The notes: generated from the letters alone by a model not told the origin. 24,000 nt of DNA from Minisyncoccota bacterium (GCA_028280145.1 JANQMM010000059.1:645-24644), one strand, 5' to 3'; counted from the stretch's first letter, positions 1 to 8,226 are shown. Program-made: numbers and translations.

Positions 1-359
1 CTTTCACCTGCTGTCCGAAATACTTTGTCCGCCTCAACCACATCAACAAATTCAGGGTCATCAACTGAAGGAATACAGTCTCTTCCAAAACAACCTTGTC
101 GGATCTCATCAATCGGAATACTGTGCATCACATCATCAGTAACAAAAATATCCCGTTTCGATCGCAGATTTGTCTGCGAAAGTGTCTCGTTATCATTTGA
201 GTGCTCTATTTCGACCACCTCTCCTTGCGTTTCATTCTCTACAAACGGAAGAGTCTCGCCTTCGGGCAGATCAAATGTGTTCATCCGATTCAAGAAGAAA
301 ATAACTACCGCAATAGCGATCAAAAGAATGATGATGAGTGGTGTTGGTCTCTTATTCAT
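1..359 (-). CDS. DUF3179-like membrane-anchored or secreted protein, N-terminal part (gene runs off the left edge)
   Basis: Absent from the ORF track because it has no stop in the window. The reverse-strand ATG is at 359..357, directly after the ArsR-family stop (360..362). My hand translation is MNKRPTPLIIILLIAIAVVIFFLN... (TM/signal anchor) ...IPIDEIRQGCFGRDCIPSVDDPEFVDV, open to position 1. The G-x-x-D-x-IP-x-x-D-P-x-F stretch resembles the DUF3179 signature. The + ORF 25..429 is its antisense shadow. Confidence 0.5.
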   Translation of the reverse strand, partial: MNKRPTPLIIILLIAIAVVIFFLNRMNTFDLPEGETLPFVENETQGEVVEIEHSNDNETLSQTNLRSKRDIFVTDDVMHSIPIDEIRQGCFGRDCIPSVDDPEFVDVVEADKVFRTAGE

Positions 360-683
360 TTATGTTCGTCTAAAAATACTAATAACTTTTTCAAGATTTC
401 GTGTCTCGTTATTATCCGAGATCGCATAACAGATCATCTGCCCCTCACGAAAGGACGTGACGATGTTTCGCGCCTCCAACTTTGTAAGCTGGTGGCTTGC
501 CGCAGAATGCGAAATGCCAACATGTTCTGCGATCTCATTTACACAAAGCCCCATGCGGTTTTCAAACAAAAGACAGAGTATCTTGAGCCTCGTCGGGTCA
601 GACAGCAATTTGCATGCGCTTGAGACCTGCGCTATTTTGTTGATCCCTGTGAGTTTTTTAATCTCCTGTATCCGTTCAGCCAT
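360..683 (-). CDS. ArsR/SmtB-family winged-helix transcriptional repressor
   Basis: The 107 aa protein has LLSDPTRLKILCLL...LCVNEIAEHVGISHSAASHQLTKL, the typical ArsR HTH and recognition helix. It abuts the downstream gene, so the two look like an operon. Confidence 0.85.
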   Translation of the reverse strand: MAERIQEIKKLTGINKIAQVSSACKLLSDPTRLKILCLLFENRMGLCVNEIAEHVGISHSAASHQLTKLEARNIVTSFREGQMICYAISDNNETRNLEKVISIFRRT

Positions 684-686
684 GGA

Positions 687-708
687 TATATGAATATATG
701 TTCATATA
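687..708. promoter_or_regulatory. Candidate ArsR-type operator: TATATGAA-N6-TTCATATA inverted repeat
   Basis: An 8 bp perfect inverted repeat (687-694 / 701-708) starts 4 nt upstream of the ArsR-family start codon. The TGAA..TTCA core resembles SmtB/CzrA-type operators. Confidence 0.45.
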
Positions 709-814
709 CTAAAATAATCGTTTACAGAATGCAACTACCCTGAAACTGTTCCACTCTGAAGTCTTCAAATTATTTCAATGGGTTGCATGTTGAATGACAG
801 ACCTCAAAAAAGGA

Positions 815-1321
815 TTAAACAATGTCCGCCACATGCGGAGCAACTATCTCTTTGTAATCAGTTGCATACATGCCAATTGAAACTCTTTTGTCACCCGCAT
901 TGAAAATGATTTTTTCGTTTCGTACGACACTTTCGTCGGCATATACATCCAGTCCAAAGAGATTTCCAAATGGAGGCACGCCACCGGGCACTACGCCCGA
1001 AGTCAGTTCCGCAACTTCCTGAGGAGAAGCAAAGCGAACATCTTTTGCGCCAAGAACAGTTTTTGCTTTTTTTGTATCAAAACGCCTGTTCCCCGGCACC
1101 ACGATCATGACAAACTGTTTTCCCTTCTCGTTTTTTACCCGGACAACGAGCGCCTTTGCTCCTTGAGCAAGCGTGTATCCTTTGCGGACAGCAGCGGCCT
1201 CCTCACTTGTACGAACCGCTTCGTGTTCGAAACGTTCAAACCACACGCCGCGCTCGTTAAGTATGTCTTCAATTTTCTTTACCACCGGATGAAACTGCAT
1301 AAAAATAAGATACGAAATCAT
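815..1321 (-). CDS. YbaK/EbsC-type aminoacyl-tRNA editing (deacylase) domain protein
   Basis: The 168 aa sequence and size (..AKALVVRVKN..FVMIVVPGNRRFDTKKAK..GGVPPFG..) match the YbaK/ProRS-associated domain. The start could instead be the second ATG at 1300. Confidence 0.7.
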   Translation of the reverse strand: MISYLIFMQFHPVVKKIEDILNERGVWFERFEHEAVRTSEEAAAVRKGYTLAQGAKALVVRVKNEKGKQFVMIVVPGNRRFDTKKAKTVLGAKDVRFASPQEVAELTSGVVPGGVPPFGNLFGLDVYADESVVRNEKIIFNAGDKRVSIGMYATDYKEIVAPHVADIV

Positions 1322-1514
1322 TCAGGCAAAGTAAAACGCTGGCCGTAACCAGTCGTTCTACTCTATGATTCCGGTTGTAACACCGTTCCTTTCCTTCCTC
1401 AGCTTTGGTGTTACTCGAAGCCGTAGGTTGGTTCGGAAACCGATCTCATACCTTAATGATACTCTTAAGTGTCCGTGGCTTCAACATACAAAAATATATG
1501 TATATGTGTATAAC

Positions 1515-2153
1515 TTACGTTTGTGTGCGCACAAATTGCAGAATCTCTTCAGGGCTGTCGGCAATGTAGTCCGGCTCAAGCGTTGAAAGGATATCGCGAC
1601 TGTTAAAACCCCATGTTACGGCAATAACACGAACTCCAGCTTTTTTGGCCGCTATAATATCGCGTGTTTCGTCCCCGACATAATAGATATTGTCGCGATG
1701 GAGCCCGTACGTGCGACCAATGCGACGAAGCGCGCGATGTTTTCCAAAGACAAAAATATTCGCTTTTTTGAAATGAAAATATTTTCCTTCGTATTTTTCG
1801 AAAAAGAGACGTACATTTTTTGCAGAGTTTGATGTTGCCACTCCGAGGATATACCCTTCCTGCTTTAGTGTAAGCAATGCTTCACTCATTCCTCTTACAA
1901 ACGACATATCGGCAATTTCTCGTGACAACATTCGTTGTATGCTGGCAATGAGTTTGGGACCTTTCCAAAGAGGAATGCCAAGTGTTCTTAGAAAATGTAT
2001 CGATCTTGTACTGCGAAGTTTCCTTACATCAAGTTCGTCAAGTTTTTCGTACTTGAATGATACTGAACATTTATTTAGCGCATCAATTACAAACGCTCGC
2101 GTATCGACAAGTGTTCCGTCAAGATCAAAAACGATCATCTTCTTGTTCATCAC
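1515..2153 (-). CDS. HAD-superfamily phosphatase (phosphoglycolate phosphatase-like)
   Basis: It has motif I MIVFDLDGTLVDT, motif II GVATSN and motif IV YVGDETRDI. Confidence 0.8.
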   Translation of the reverse strand: MMNKKMIVFDLDGTLVDTRAFVIDALNKCSVSFKYEKLDELDVRKLRSTRSIHFLRTLGIPLWKGPKLIASIQRMLSREIADMSFVRGMSEALLTLKQEGYILGVATSNSAKNVRLFFEKYEGKYFHFKKANIFVFGKHRALRRIGRTYGLHRDNIYYVGDETRDIIAAKKAGVRVIAVTWGFNSRDILSTLEPDYIADSPEEILQFVRTQT

Positions 2154-2179
2154 TGTAGTATAACAAGAAAGAATTGAGC

Positions 2180-3256
2180 TTAGCGTATTATTTCCGAAAC
2201 GGTAAGTGGCGCTTCACCAGTCTGCTCTACATGAAAACGAATACGGCCGATTATTTGGTTCCGGTCTGTGACCACATCAACACGCCACTCTCCGGGAAAG
2301 ACCTGGCTCTTTTGCGTATACCCTCTGAAGCCCCCGTCACGACCTCCAAGGATCGGGTACGAAAATCGATCTGTCTCAACCCATTCATCGCGAGTATCAT
2401 CTCGGTATTGCCAACTGTGAAACACTTCCACGTTAAGATCAGTCGGTGCAAAAACCGAACTGTATGCATATACCGCCTGTGACTGCGAAATATCAATCCG
2501 TGGCCTGAATTTTTTGCCAAATTCATACCACTTCACAATTTCAGACTCAGCAACATACACATCACCCTGACGCTCCACAAAGTGATGAATGCTTGAATCT
2601 TTAAGTGCAAGCGGGATAGGAGGAATAATATTAGTGAAGTAAAACACATTGAATACTATGTATATGGACAAAATGCTGAAGCGAAGAGCGTGTTTGCTTT
2701 TTTCGACAGATTCCGGAATAAAAAGAGCAAGAAACCGCACAAAAAAACGAATGATAAATAAACTCACCAAGCCGCTGAGCACGAAGACCCACACCCCCAT
2801 TTGATTCACAATAATAGGAAGATAAAAAATAGCAAAAGAAAAGAGTGTGATGAAGAAAATACTGATCTGATATTCAAGTCGAGCATATTTTTCTTTGAAC
2901 AATTCGTTGCCGATAAGGAAGAGAATGATCAGTAACACGAACCACCAACTTGTAACAAGTGAAGCGCTTTTGCTGTAGAAAACAAAATATCCGCTAAAAA
3001 GACCTCCGAAAGCAAACTGGATAAGAAGCGTCGAGAGCGCCATAAATCCTTTCGTCGTTTTGCCTTTCACCAGCCTTCGGTTGAATAGTTGATAGACAGT
3101 GATACCAAGGGCGGCAAGGATGAGATAGCTTGCAAGAATGATGTTATCGAGCCAGAGATCAATTCTCGTAAGTGTCAGATTGTCTATGGTAAACCCGGTA
3201 AGAAAAGCGACAAGGGAGAGACGACGCTCGTATTTTTTATAGAAACGAACAAGCAT
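2180..3256 (-). CDS. Polytopic membrane protein with C-terminal DUF2914-like domain
   Basis: About 8 hydrophobic helices are followed by a soluble C-terminus (..FHSWQYRDD..W..GGRDGGFRGYTQKSQVFPGEWRVDVVTDRNQIIGRIRFHV) that resembles DUF2914. Confidence 0.5.
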   Translation of the reverse strand: MLVRFYKKYERRLSLVAFLTGFTIDNLTLTRIDLWLDNIILASYLILAALGITVYQLFNRRLVKGKTTKGFMALSTLLIQFAFGGLFSGYFVFYSKSASLVTSWWFVLLIILFLIGNELFKEKYARLEYQISIFFITLFSFAIFYLPIIVNQMGVWVFVLSGLVSLFIIRFFVRFLALFIPESVEKSKHALRFSILSIYIVFNVFYFTNIIPPIPLALKDSSIHHFVERQGDVYVAESEIVKWYEFGKKFRPRIDISQSQAVYAYSSVFAPTDLNVEVFHSWQYRDDTRDEWVETDRFSYPILGGRDGGFRGYTQKSQVFPGEWRVDVVTDRNQIIGRIRFHVEQTGEAPLTVSEIIR

Positions 3257-3274
3257 AGTAGCAATTAGAGCAAA

Positions 3275-4726
3275 CTAGAATGAGCTTGTGCCCAGATCCT
3301 CCATAAATCTATACAGGAGGCTTTTGGCATAGGATTCCTCTTTGTACTCCTGGTAGTCGACGGAGTATATCCTTCCCACTTCATTGTTCCAAACCTTTTC
3401 AAAGTACGCTTTCGCTTCACTTAGTGCCGAAAATGGAGCTTCGGACTCAAGATAAACATTCGTCTCCAGATTGTATCCGCCAATATTTCTGCGTGTCAGA
3501 TTTGCCGAGCCAAGCATGAGTGCGTATGCGTTGTGATATGTAAAGAGCACCATCTTTGTGTGACACTGCTCACCGTGTGTGTGGCACCAACGAATATCTA
3601 TAAGACCACTGTGGTCTTTCAATTCAAAAGCAACCTGGCGATTTGGAATACCATTCTTTGCCCGTCCAAATGCATCTTTGTTCGGATCAAGAAGAATGCG
3701 GATATTGGCACCTCGATCAGAAGCGCTCTTGAGGGCGTGTATCACTTTTCTGTCAGAGAGATAAAACATCGCAATATCAACTGATTCATTTTCCTCGAGC
3801 CGATTAATCGCCGTAAGAAGCCTGTCTCTGATCTTCTCTTCAGTGAGAAGTTGCGCTTGCACGCTTCCCGTATTGTCTGTGATCTGTAACAGAAGTTCTT
3901 CGCTTGGCTCGCTGATCGTTTGTCCTGAAAAGCTCGAAACAGCTACTTCAGTTGCAACGACATCCTTCCATATGAAGTTGTCAATGATAAGTGCTGTATT
4001 TGTGTGTGCACTTGAGCCATCATGCGGGTTTGCAGATGTAACAAGTGTGGAGAGTTTGAGTCCTTGCGGTGTTATGCGATCCGCAACAAATACCTTGCGA
4101 TGATTTGCTTTGAAATTAAGCAGTGCCGCATATGAACGCAATCCTATATCAGAGAGGCGTCCGTCAAACGGATTTGGAAGCCATCCCTCTTTGGTACTGT
4201 TGCCGAACCACGAGAAGTATGCGCGCCAAAAGCCACTTACAAGCGGGTTGCTGTCCTTAAGTTGACTGAGATCAGTAACCACCACCTCAATCCCCGCTTC
4301 ACGAAGCTCATTTAAGTATGGTGACTCATAGCCACCATAGATGGTATTGATCGGGTCCGTAATGAAAATGATGTCGACATCCGGATCGGTCTCTTTTTTT
4401 GCAACAAGCTTATCGGTGAGTTCGCGAGAAAGTTGGCGATACGAACCGGGAGCTGAGCCGAGAAAATCATTAAAGAGAAACATATCAAGCAGAATGTAGT
4501 GTTCGGCTTTGTCTATCATGTTAAATAGTTCGTCAAATATCTCCTGCTCGGAGAAGCGGACGCCTTCCTGATTGACATACGTTACATCTTGCAAAAACGT
4601 AATACCTGTTGCCGGAACAAGATATACCTCACTTGCAATGGACGTTCCTTCGGGATTTGATTTGAATACACCAAAGAGCGCAAACCCAATGGCTACGACG
4701 ATGAGTAGTTTAATGAGATTGGTCAT
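3275..4726 (-). CDS. Phospholipase D / cardiolipin-synthase-like protein with N-terminal TM helix
   Basis: It has two HKD motifs, NHRKVFVAD and CHTKMVLF...GSANLTRRN, plus an N-terminal hydrophobic anchor. Confidence 0.8.
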   Translation of the reverse strand: MTNLIKLLIVVAIGFALFGVFKSNPEGTSIASEVYLVPATGITFLQDVTYVNQEGVRFSEQEIFDELFNMIDKAEHYILLDMFLFNDFLGSAPGSYRQLSRELTDKLVAKKETDPDVDIIFITDPINTIYGGYESPYLNELREAGIEVVVTDLSQLKDSNPLVSGFWRAYFSWFGNSTKEGWLPNPFDGRLSDIGLRSYAALLNFKANHRKVFVADRITPQGLKLSTLVTSANPHDGSSAHTNTALIIDNFIWKDVVATEVAVSSFSGQTISEPSEELLLQITDNTGSVQAQLLTEEKIRDRLLTAINRLEENESVDIAMFYLSDRKVIHALKSASDRGANIRILLDPNKDAFGRAKNGIPNRQVAFELKDHSGLIDIRWCHTHGEQCHTKMVLFTYHNAYALMLGSANLTRRNIGGYNLETNVYLESEAPFSALSEAKAYFEKVWNNEVGRIYSVDYQEYKEESYAKSLLYRFMEDLGTSSF

Positions 4727-4761
4727 ACAAAAAATATACCATTATTGTTTTTTACAAACCA

Positions 4762-4792
4762 TAAAAAACAGTTCGCGCCTTGCGGCGCGAAC
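4762..4792 (-). terminator. Rho-independent terminator of the 4801..5778 gene
   Basis: The 9 bp GC-rich stem gttcgcgcc/ggcgcgaac (4771-4779 / 4784-4792) has loop ttgc and is followed on the minus strand by tgttttttat. Confidence 0.75.
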
Positions 4793-4800
4793 ACAGCTTC

Positions 4801-5778
4801 TTATTTTTTTATGTTTGCCAGATCGAGATAGTGGTCCGATTTCCAAAATCCCGGAAATGACTGTTGTGGGGAACGTTTTCCCTTTCTGTTTCGTGGCGCG
4901 TCAAGATCCCACTTCCCCTTGGCCTGTCGCATTTGCGTATTCGGACTACCCTCACATGCGGCTACCAGAGGACAGAGCATTTCAATTCCAGCCAATTGCG
5001 AGCATCGCTTACACAACTGACTGCCTATGAACCACAATGCATGTGCCGCATCAAACAAAGAGATGTCCTGCTCTTCGCAGATATCAGCAATGGGTTTGCG
5101 TAAGAACTCGGCGACACGTTGTGCGTCGACTATTCCCGAACCTGTCACCGCTCCGTGGGCGATCATGATCCTCGAAAGATGCAGATCAACCGGGATTGCG
5201 CCGTGCGGAAGAGAGGGTATCGCTCCGATCTCCTCAAACAAGATAGCCATAAGGCTGTAGATCTTGTGGGCAATGCCCGGTAGTCGTTCTATTCCTCCGT
5301 TTTGCTTTTTCAGTGCCTCTTTCTGCCTGAGGAAACTATCAACGGAAGGATGGCTAAAGAAATTGAGCGGGTCTCCCTCAAAGTGAGAAGAGAACAACGT
5401 CCCCGCCGTTCCGTACCAACGCTTGCTACCGTCTGTGGGATGAATGAACCCAACAAGCTGAAGTGCTCTTTCTATCCTGGCCCTTTCGATGGTAAGCACC
5501 GTTTCTGAGTAGAACTCCGGGTGCAGGTTGTACAGTTCAACCGACTGACGAAACCACACATCACTGCGCGAGCGATATGTAAGTAATGTCGTGAAGAACA
5601 AGAACAGATGGTATTCGCGCGAGTCAAGCGCAAGTCCTTCCGGGCGATGCATGTGCTGAGGGGCAGATGCGTCGTCAACATGAACACGACTGAACAGGTG
5701 TGTTCGATCCTGATAAGCCTGAAGTGCACGTGTGATGAGCGCAACAGCCTTTTCTTTATGAAATGTTACGTTGCGCAT
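4801..5778 (-). CDS. HhH-GPD (endonuclease III-like) fold protein with C-terminal four-Cys cluster; putative DNA glycosylase-like
   Basis: ERLPGIAHKIYSLMAILF resembles the HhH LPGIG-K motif, and AIPVDLHLSRIMIAHG resembles the PVD-H-x-R loop. CKRCSQLAGIEMLCPLVAAC is a C-x2-C-x9-C-x5-C pattern ending in a CPLxxxC as in Fe-S cluster loops. The family assignment comes from motif recognition only. Confidence 0.45.
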   Translation of the reverse strand: MRNVTFHKEKAVALITRALQAYQDRTHLFSRVHVDDASAPQHMHRPEGLALDSREYHLFLFFTTLLTYRSRSDVWFRQSVELYNLHPEFYSETVLTIERARIERALQLVGFIHPTDGSKRWYGTAGTLFSSHFEGDPLNFFSHPSVDSFLRQKEALKKQNGGIERLPGIAHKIYSLMAILFEEIGAIPSLPHGAIPVDLHLSRIMIAHGAVTGSGIVDAQRVAEFLRKPIADICEEQDISLFDAAHALWFIGSQLCKRCSQLAGIEMLCPLVAACEGSPNTQMRQAKGKWDLDAPRNRKGKRSPQQSFPGFWKSDHYLDLANIKK

Positions 5779-5842
5779 ATGTGCTCCTGTCTACAATGTG
5801 ATCAATCTGCGCCCATACTAGAGGAAAGCTCCTCTTTGGTCA

Positions 5843-5875
5843 AATAAAACGAAAACGGCGCATCCTTGCGCCGTT
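5843..5875 (-). terminator. Rho-independent terminator of the 5874..6899 gene
   Basis: The stem aacggcgca/tgcgccgtt (5854-5862 / 5867-5875) has loop tcct and overlaps the stop codon. On the minus strand it is followed by ttcgttttattt. Confidence 0.75.
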
Positions 5876-6899
5876 AATGGGGGAAGTCTCCATCTGTCGG
5901 TTTGTCAGACAGCTCAAATGAGAGATGCTGAGGCTTGTGCTTGGTCACCACTTCTTTTCTATAGCGTTTGGACCAAATGACCTTTTGCCTCCATTCATTT
6001 GAAACACACCAAGTATGGACACCACGAAACCACGGAACGTCAGTGCTCATCATCAAGGCTCCCCAACAAGACACCATGTCCCGATCGATCTGAAGGTCTT
6101 TCATGATACGTTCAAACAAGAATCGTCCTTCTGACCTCTCCAATGCCCTGCAAAGAAGATAGTAGTGGTGAGGGTGAAAATTCCTTCGCTCGAGAAACTC
6201 GTACAAATCTATGATTTTTGGGTACGAGCACATAAGTTCAAACTCTTTTTCGCTCGGATATTGTCTTCTGTAACGTGAAGTGATCAGACTTATTTTTCTG
6301 GCCGCTCTCTTCAAGTCTTTCTCAAGAGGTACTTGCCTGTTTTCGAGTTCAGACCTCAATACTGTGGCAAGAAACGCCTTATCCTGAAATGAGACTGAGT
6401 ACCGGGTTCCCATCTGGCGAGTCCGTTCAGGATTTCGATCACCTCTGAAAAGCCCCCGAGTCCTGTATCCTGTTTTCACGAACCGCCAATTCTTGGTTCT
6501 TTTGCGCATATCTTCCACTAATACACGTTCAATCTCGGGAAACACCTTTCCAAGTTGGCTTATGGAAAGGGAGGCGTGTTTTGCTCGTTGCCAAATCATA
6601 CGAGCCGGAGAGCCGTTCTTTATGCCGTGCGTTCTGCGATAGGGATACGATCGATGTATTCCTATCTCGAGAAGAATCGTTTCTTCCAAAAAAACATCAC
6701 CAACCTGTGCCGGCCCCACAACGGCCAGTACGTTAATCTGTGGGTGTGGATTTTCCTCGAAGTTAACCGGGTTTCCTTCCTCGTCGATCGTAATGACGTA
6801 ACGTGCGTACGTACGTTCACGTTCTACTTGATCCCTCGCTGCTGCCACATCCCGTGGCGACAGCACACGCTCTTTCGAGTCTGTGATTGCTGTTACCAT
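5874..6899 (-). CDS. Hypothetical protein (341 aa, basic, no domain recognised)
   Basis: This long ORF has its own promoter-like TGgTATAAT, a GAAGG ribosome-binding site 9 nt upstream of the ATG, and its own terminator. I cannot assign any family. Confidence 0.6.
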   Translation of the reverse strand: MVTAITDSKERVLSPRDVAAARDQVERERTYARYVITIDEEGNPVNFEENPHPQINVLAVVGPAQVGDVFLEETILLEIGIHRSYPYRRTHGIKNGSPARMIWQRAKHASLSISQLGKVFPEIERVLVEDMRKRTKNWRFVKTGYRTRGLFRGDRNPERTRQMGTRYSVSFQDKAFLATVLRSELENRQVPLEKDLKRAARKISLITSRYRRQYPSEKEFELMCSYPKIIDLYEFLERRNFHPHHYYLLCRALERSEGRFLFERIMKDLQIDRDMVSCWGALMMSTDVPWFRGVHTWCVSNEWRQKVIWSKRYRKEVVTKHKPQHLSFELSDKPTDGDFPH

Positions 6900-6934
6900 C
6901 GGAATATACCTTCTATAACTATGAGTCTGTTCAA

Positions 6935-6943
6935 ATTATACCA
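6935..6943 (-). promoter_or_regulatory. Extended -10 promoter (TGgTATAAT on the minus strand) for the 5874..6899 gene
   Basis: The plus strand reads attatacca at 6935-6943, which is the reverse complement of tggtataat. It lies about 36 nt upstream of the ATG at 6899. Confidence 0.5.
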
Positions 6944-6984
6944 AATGCTACAAGTTGCATTATCTTTGTTTTATTGTCTAAATT

Positions 6985-6993
6985 TGGTATAAA
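6985..6993 (+). promoter_or_regulatory. Extended -10 promoter (TGgTATAAA) for tRNA-His
   Basis: tggtataaa at 6985-6993 lies 14 nt upstream of the tRNA 5' end. Confidence 0.4.
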
Positions 6994-7006
6994 AAGGGAC
7001 ATTCAT

Positions 7007-7079
7007 GGCGACTATGGTGTAACGGTCAACACTGCGGTTTGTGGTACCGCCGATTCGGGTTCGATTCCCGATAGTCGCC
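7007..7079 (+). tRNA. tRNA-His (anticodon GUG), with encoded G-1 pairing to C73
   Basis: Hand fold: G-1, acceptor gcgacta/tagtcgc, D stem gtgt/acac, anticodon stem gcggt/accgc with loop ttGTGgt, T arm tcggg-ttcgatt-cccga. CCA is not encoded. Confidence 0.9.
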
Positions 7080-7134
7080 CAAAGTAGTTAATTTAAAAGA
7101 CAATCGCCTTGTGAGCTGTTGCTATTTGGTGTGG

Positions 7135-7150
7135 CTATCGGGAATCGAAC
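7135..7150. repeat. Inverted 16 nt copy of the tRNA-His T-loop / T-stem / acceptor 3' segment
   Basis: ctatcgggaatcgaac is the exact reverse complement of 7059-7074 inside tRNA-His. Confidence 0.85.
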
Positions 7151-7251
7151 GGAACCTCGCCGCCATCGGTTCAAGGCGAGGTCCGTGGCTCAAAGGGAGC
7201 TTTCGAGTATATTACGAATACTTGGAGTAATTCGAGAAAGCGGAATGAGAG

Positions 7252-7271
7252 GATTCCCGATAGTCGCCCAA
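7252..7271 (+). repeat. Direct 20 nt copy of the tRNA-His 3' end (att-like scar)
   Basis: gattcccgatagtcgcccaa at 7252-7271 is identical to 7063-7082 (the 3' end of tRNA-His plus 3 nt). Confidence 0.85.
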
Positions 7272-7283
7272 GACAGCCGAAAC

Positions 7284-7316
7284 AAAAATACTGGACCTCT
7301 GTCCAGTATTTTTGTT
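7284..7316. terminator. Bidirectional rho-independent terminator
   Basis: The 13 bp perfect stem aaaaatactggac/gtccagtattttt has loop ctct, with an A-tract before it and a T-tract after. Confidence 0.8.
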
Positions 7317-7385
7317 GATGTCCAGAACTGAAATCACCTCAGATCACTAATTTAATTCAGCGCAAAGGCGAAAGGTTTCGGATAT

Positions 7386-8144
7386 TTAAGACACAATATC
7401 CCAAAGTAGCTTAAACATGTTTCGCATATCATTTGCAAGCAATGGATCCTTGATTTCTACCAGATGAAACGGCCTGTTCTTAGTATTTATGTGTACCACA
7501 TACTCTCCCGCAACCCACGTTGTAGATTCAAAAGACTCTGACTTGGCAAAATATTTCATTTCTCTTCGTTTACACTTCCCCTCAAGCCTCCTTTCGCCGC
7601 CAGACTTGTTGCTAAGCAACTTAACGAAGAACATTTCATTATTCTCTTTCCAGTCCCACTTGATCATGTCTCCGAAACAATCAACAAATGAAGTATCCTG
7701 AAAACCCCAACACGTTGAATCAATCAGATCCATGCTGTCGTGCCAAACACCTAGTCGAGACTTAAGGAATCTTTCAAGCTCTTTCTCTTGAACAAAACGA
7801 ACCTGAGGAATATGTGATGCGTGCGAGTTTTTCTTTCGAGAAACCTCTGCCGCCAACGCTGTGTACGCATTTACTTTTCTTCTATTCTTCGCTTCTTCAT
7901 CTTTTGCGTATTGTTCGATCTCTCTTGGTGTTGCAAGAGAGTATTGAGCCGGCCGCTTCGTATCATCCTCTGAGGCCAATCCCTGCTCTGAAAGGCTTCC
8001 GCATATGTTATAGACTGTGGTTCGTTTTAACCCCGTCTTTTTTGCAATATCACTTGCTGACAAGTTGTCATACTCGAAAAGAACACGAAGAACTTGGCCT
8101 TCATTTGAACTAAGGTTCAACTTTTTGACTATGTTTTTATTCAT
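7386..8144 (-). CDS. TrmB-like winged-helix transcriptional regulator (paralog A)
   Basis: The N-terminus (..LSSNEGQVLRVLFEYDNLSASDIAKKTGLKRTTVYNICGSLSEQGL) is a TrmB/MarR-type wHTH. It has the same length and architecture as the 14851..15600 product. Confidence 0.7.
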   Translation of the reverse strand: MNKNIVKKLNLSSNEGQVLRVLFEYDNLSASDIAKKTGLKRTTVYNICGSLSEQGLASEDDTKRPAQYSLATPREIEQYAKDEEAKNRRKVNAYTALAAEVSRKKNSHASHIPQVRFVQEKELERFLKSRLGVWHDSMDLIDSTCWGFQDTSFVDCFGDMIKWDWKENNEMFFVKLLSNKSGGERRLEGKCKRREMKYFAKSESFESTTWVAGEYVVHINTKNRPFHLVEIKDPLLANDMRNMFKLLWDIVS

Positions 8145-8150
8145 ATCCGC

Positions 8151-8201
8151 ATTCTATCTTGTTGTCGAAGTTTGTCAACATTTGTCCGACATTTATTGAC
8201 A
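8151..8201. promoter_or_regulatory. Divergent promoter/operator region: minus-strand TTGACA-16-TAGAAT, plus three 10-bp-phased TTGTC repeats and one inverted TTGACA
   Basis: On the minus strand the -35 is at 8173-8178 and the -10 at 8151-8156, 6 nt before the ATG at 8144. TTGTC occurs at 8162, 8172 and 8182, exactly 10 bp apart, and TTGACA at 8196-8201 could serve as the -35 for the + gene. Confidence 0.5.
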
Positions 8202-8226
8202 TAATCCCATTTCTACCCTACCCTCA

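Noticed and set aside
25-623. Plus-strand ORFs 25..429 and 201..623 (134 and 140 aa)
   Set aside because: They are antisense shadows of the better-supported minus-strand genes (the DUF3179-like gene at 1..359 and the ArsR-family gene). Their composition is Ser/Cys-rich and they contain no motifs.
1377-1414. An 8 bp stem (gtaacacc/ggtgttac) with a loop reading ..gaggaaggaaagg.. on the minus strand, in the 190 bp HAD-YbaK spacer, considered as SRP (4.5S) RNA or a riboswitch
   Set aside because: Only the GGAAGGAA string resembles SRP helix 8. The flanking conserved SRP nucleotides and the long closing helix are absent. The evidence is too weak to call without a covariance-model scan.
5874-6899. 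The 341 aa orphan as an HUH rolling-circle Rep (FLATVL / FHPHHYYLL / YRKEVVTK as motifs I-III)
   Set aside because: The His-Pro-His-His string has proline in the hydrophobic position, and the motif spacing and context are not convincing. I keep it as hypothetical.
7083-7283. A second tRNA, tmRNA or RNase P RNA downstream of tRNA-His
   Set aside because: It has T-arm-like and acceptor-like pieces but no matching 5' acceptor strand. The T-stem does not pair in the inverted copy. There is no tag-peptide frame (..ALAA*) and no GAGGAAAGUCC-type RNase P motif.
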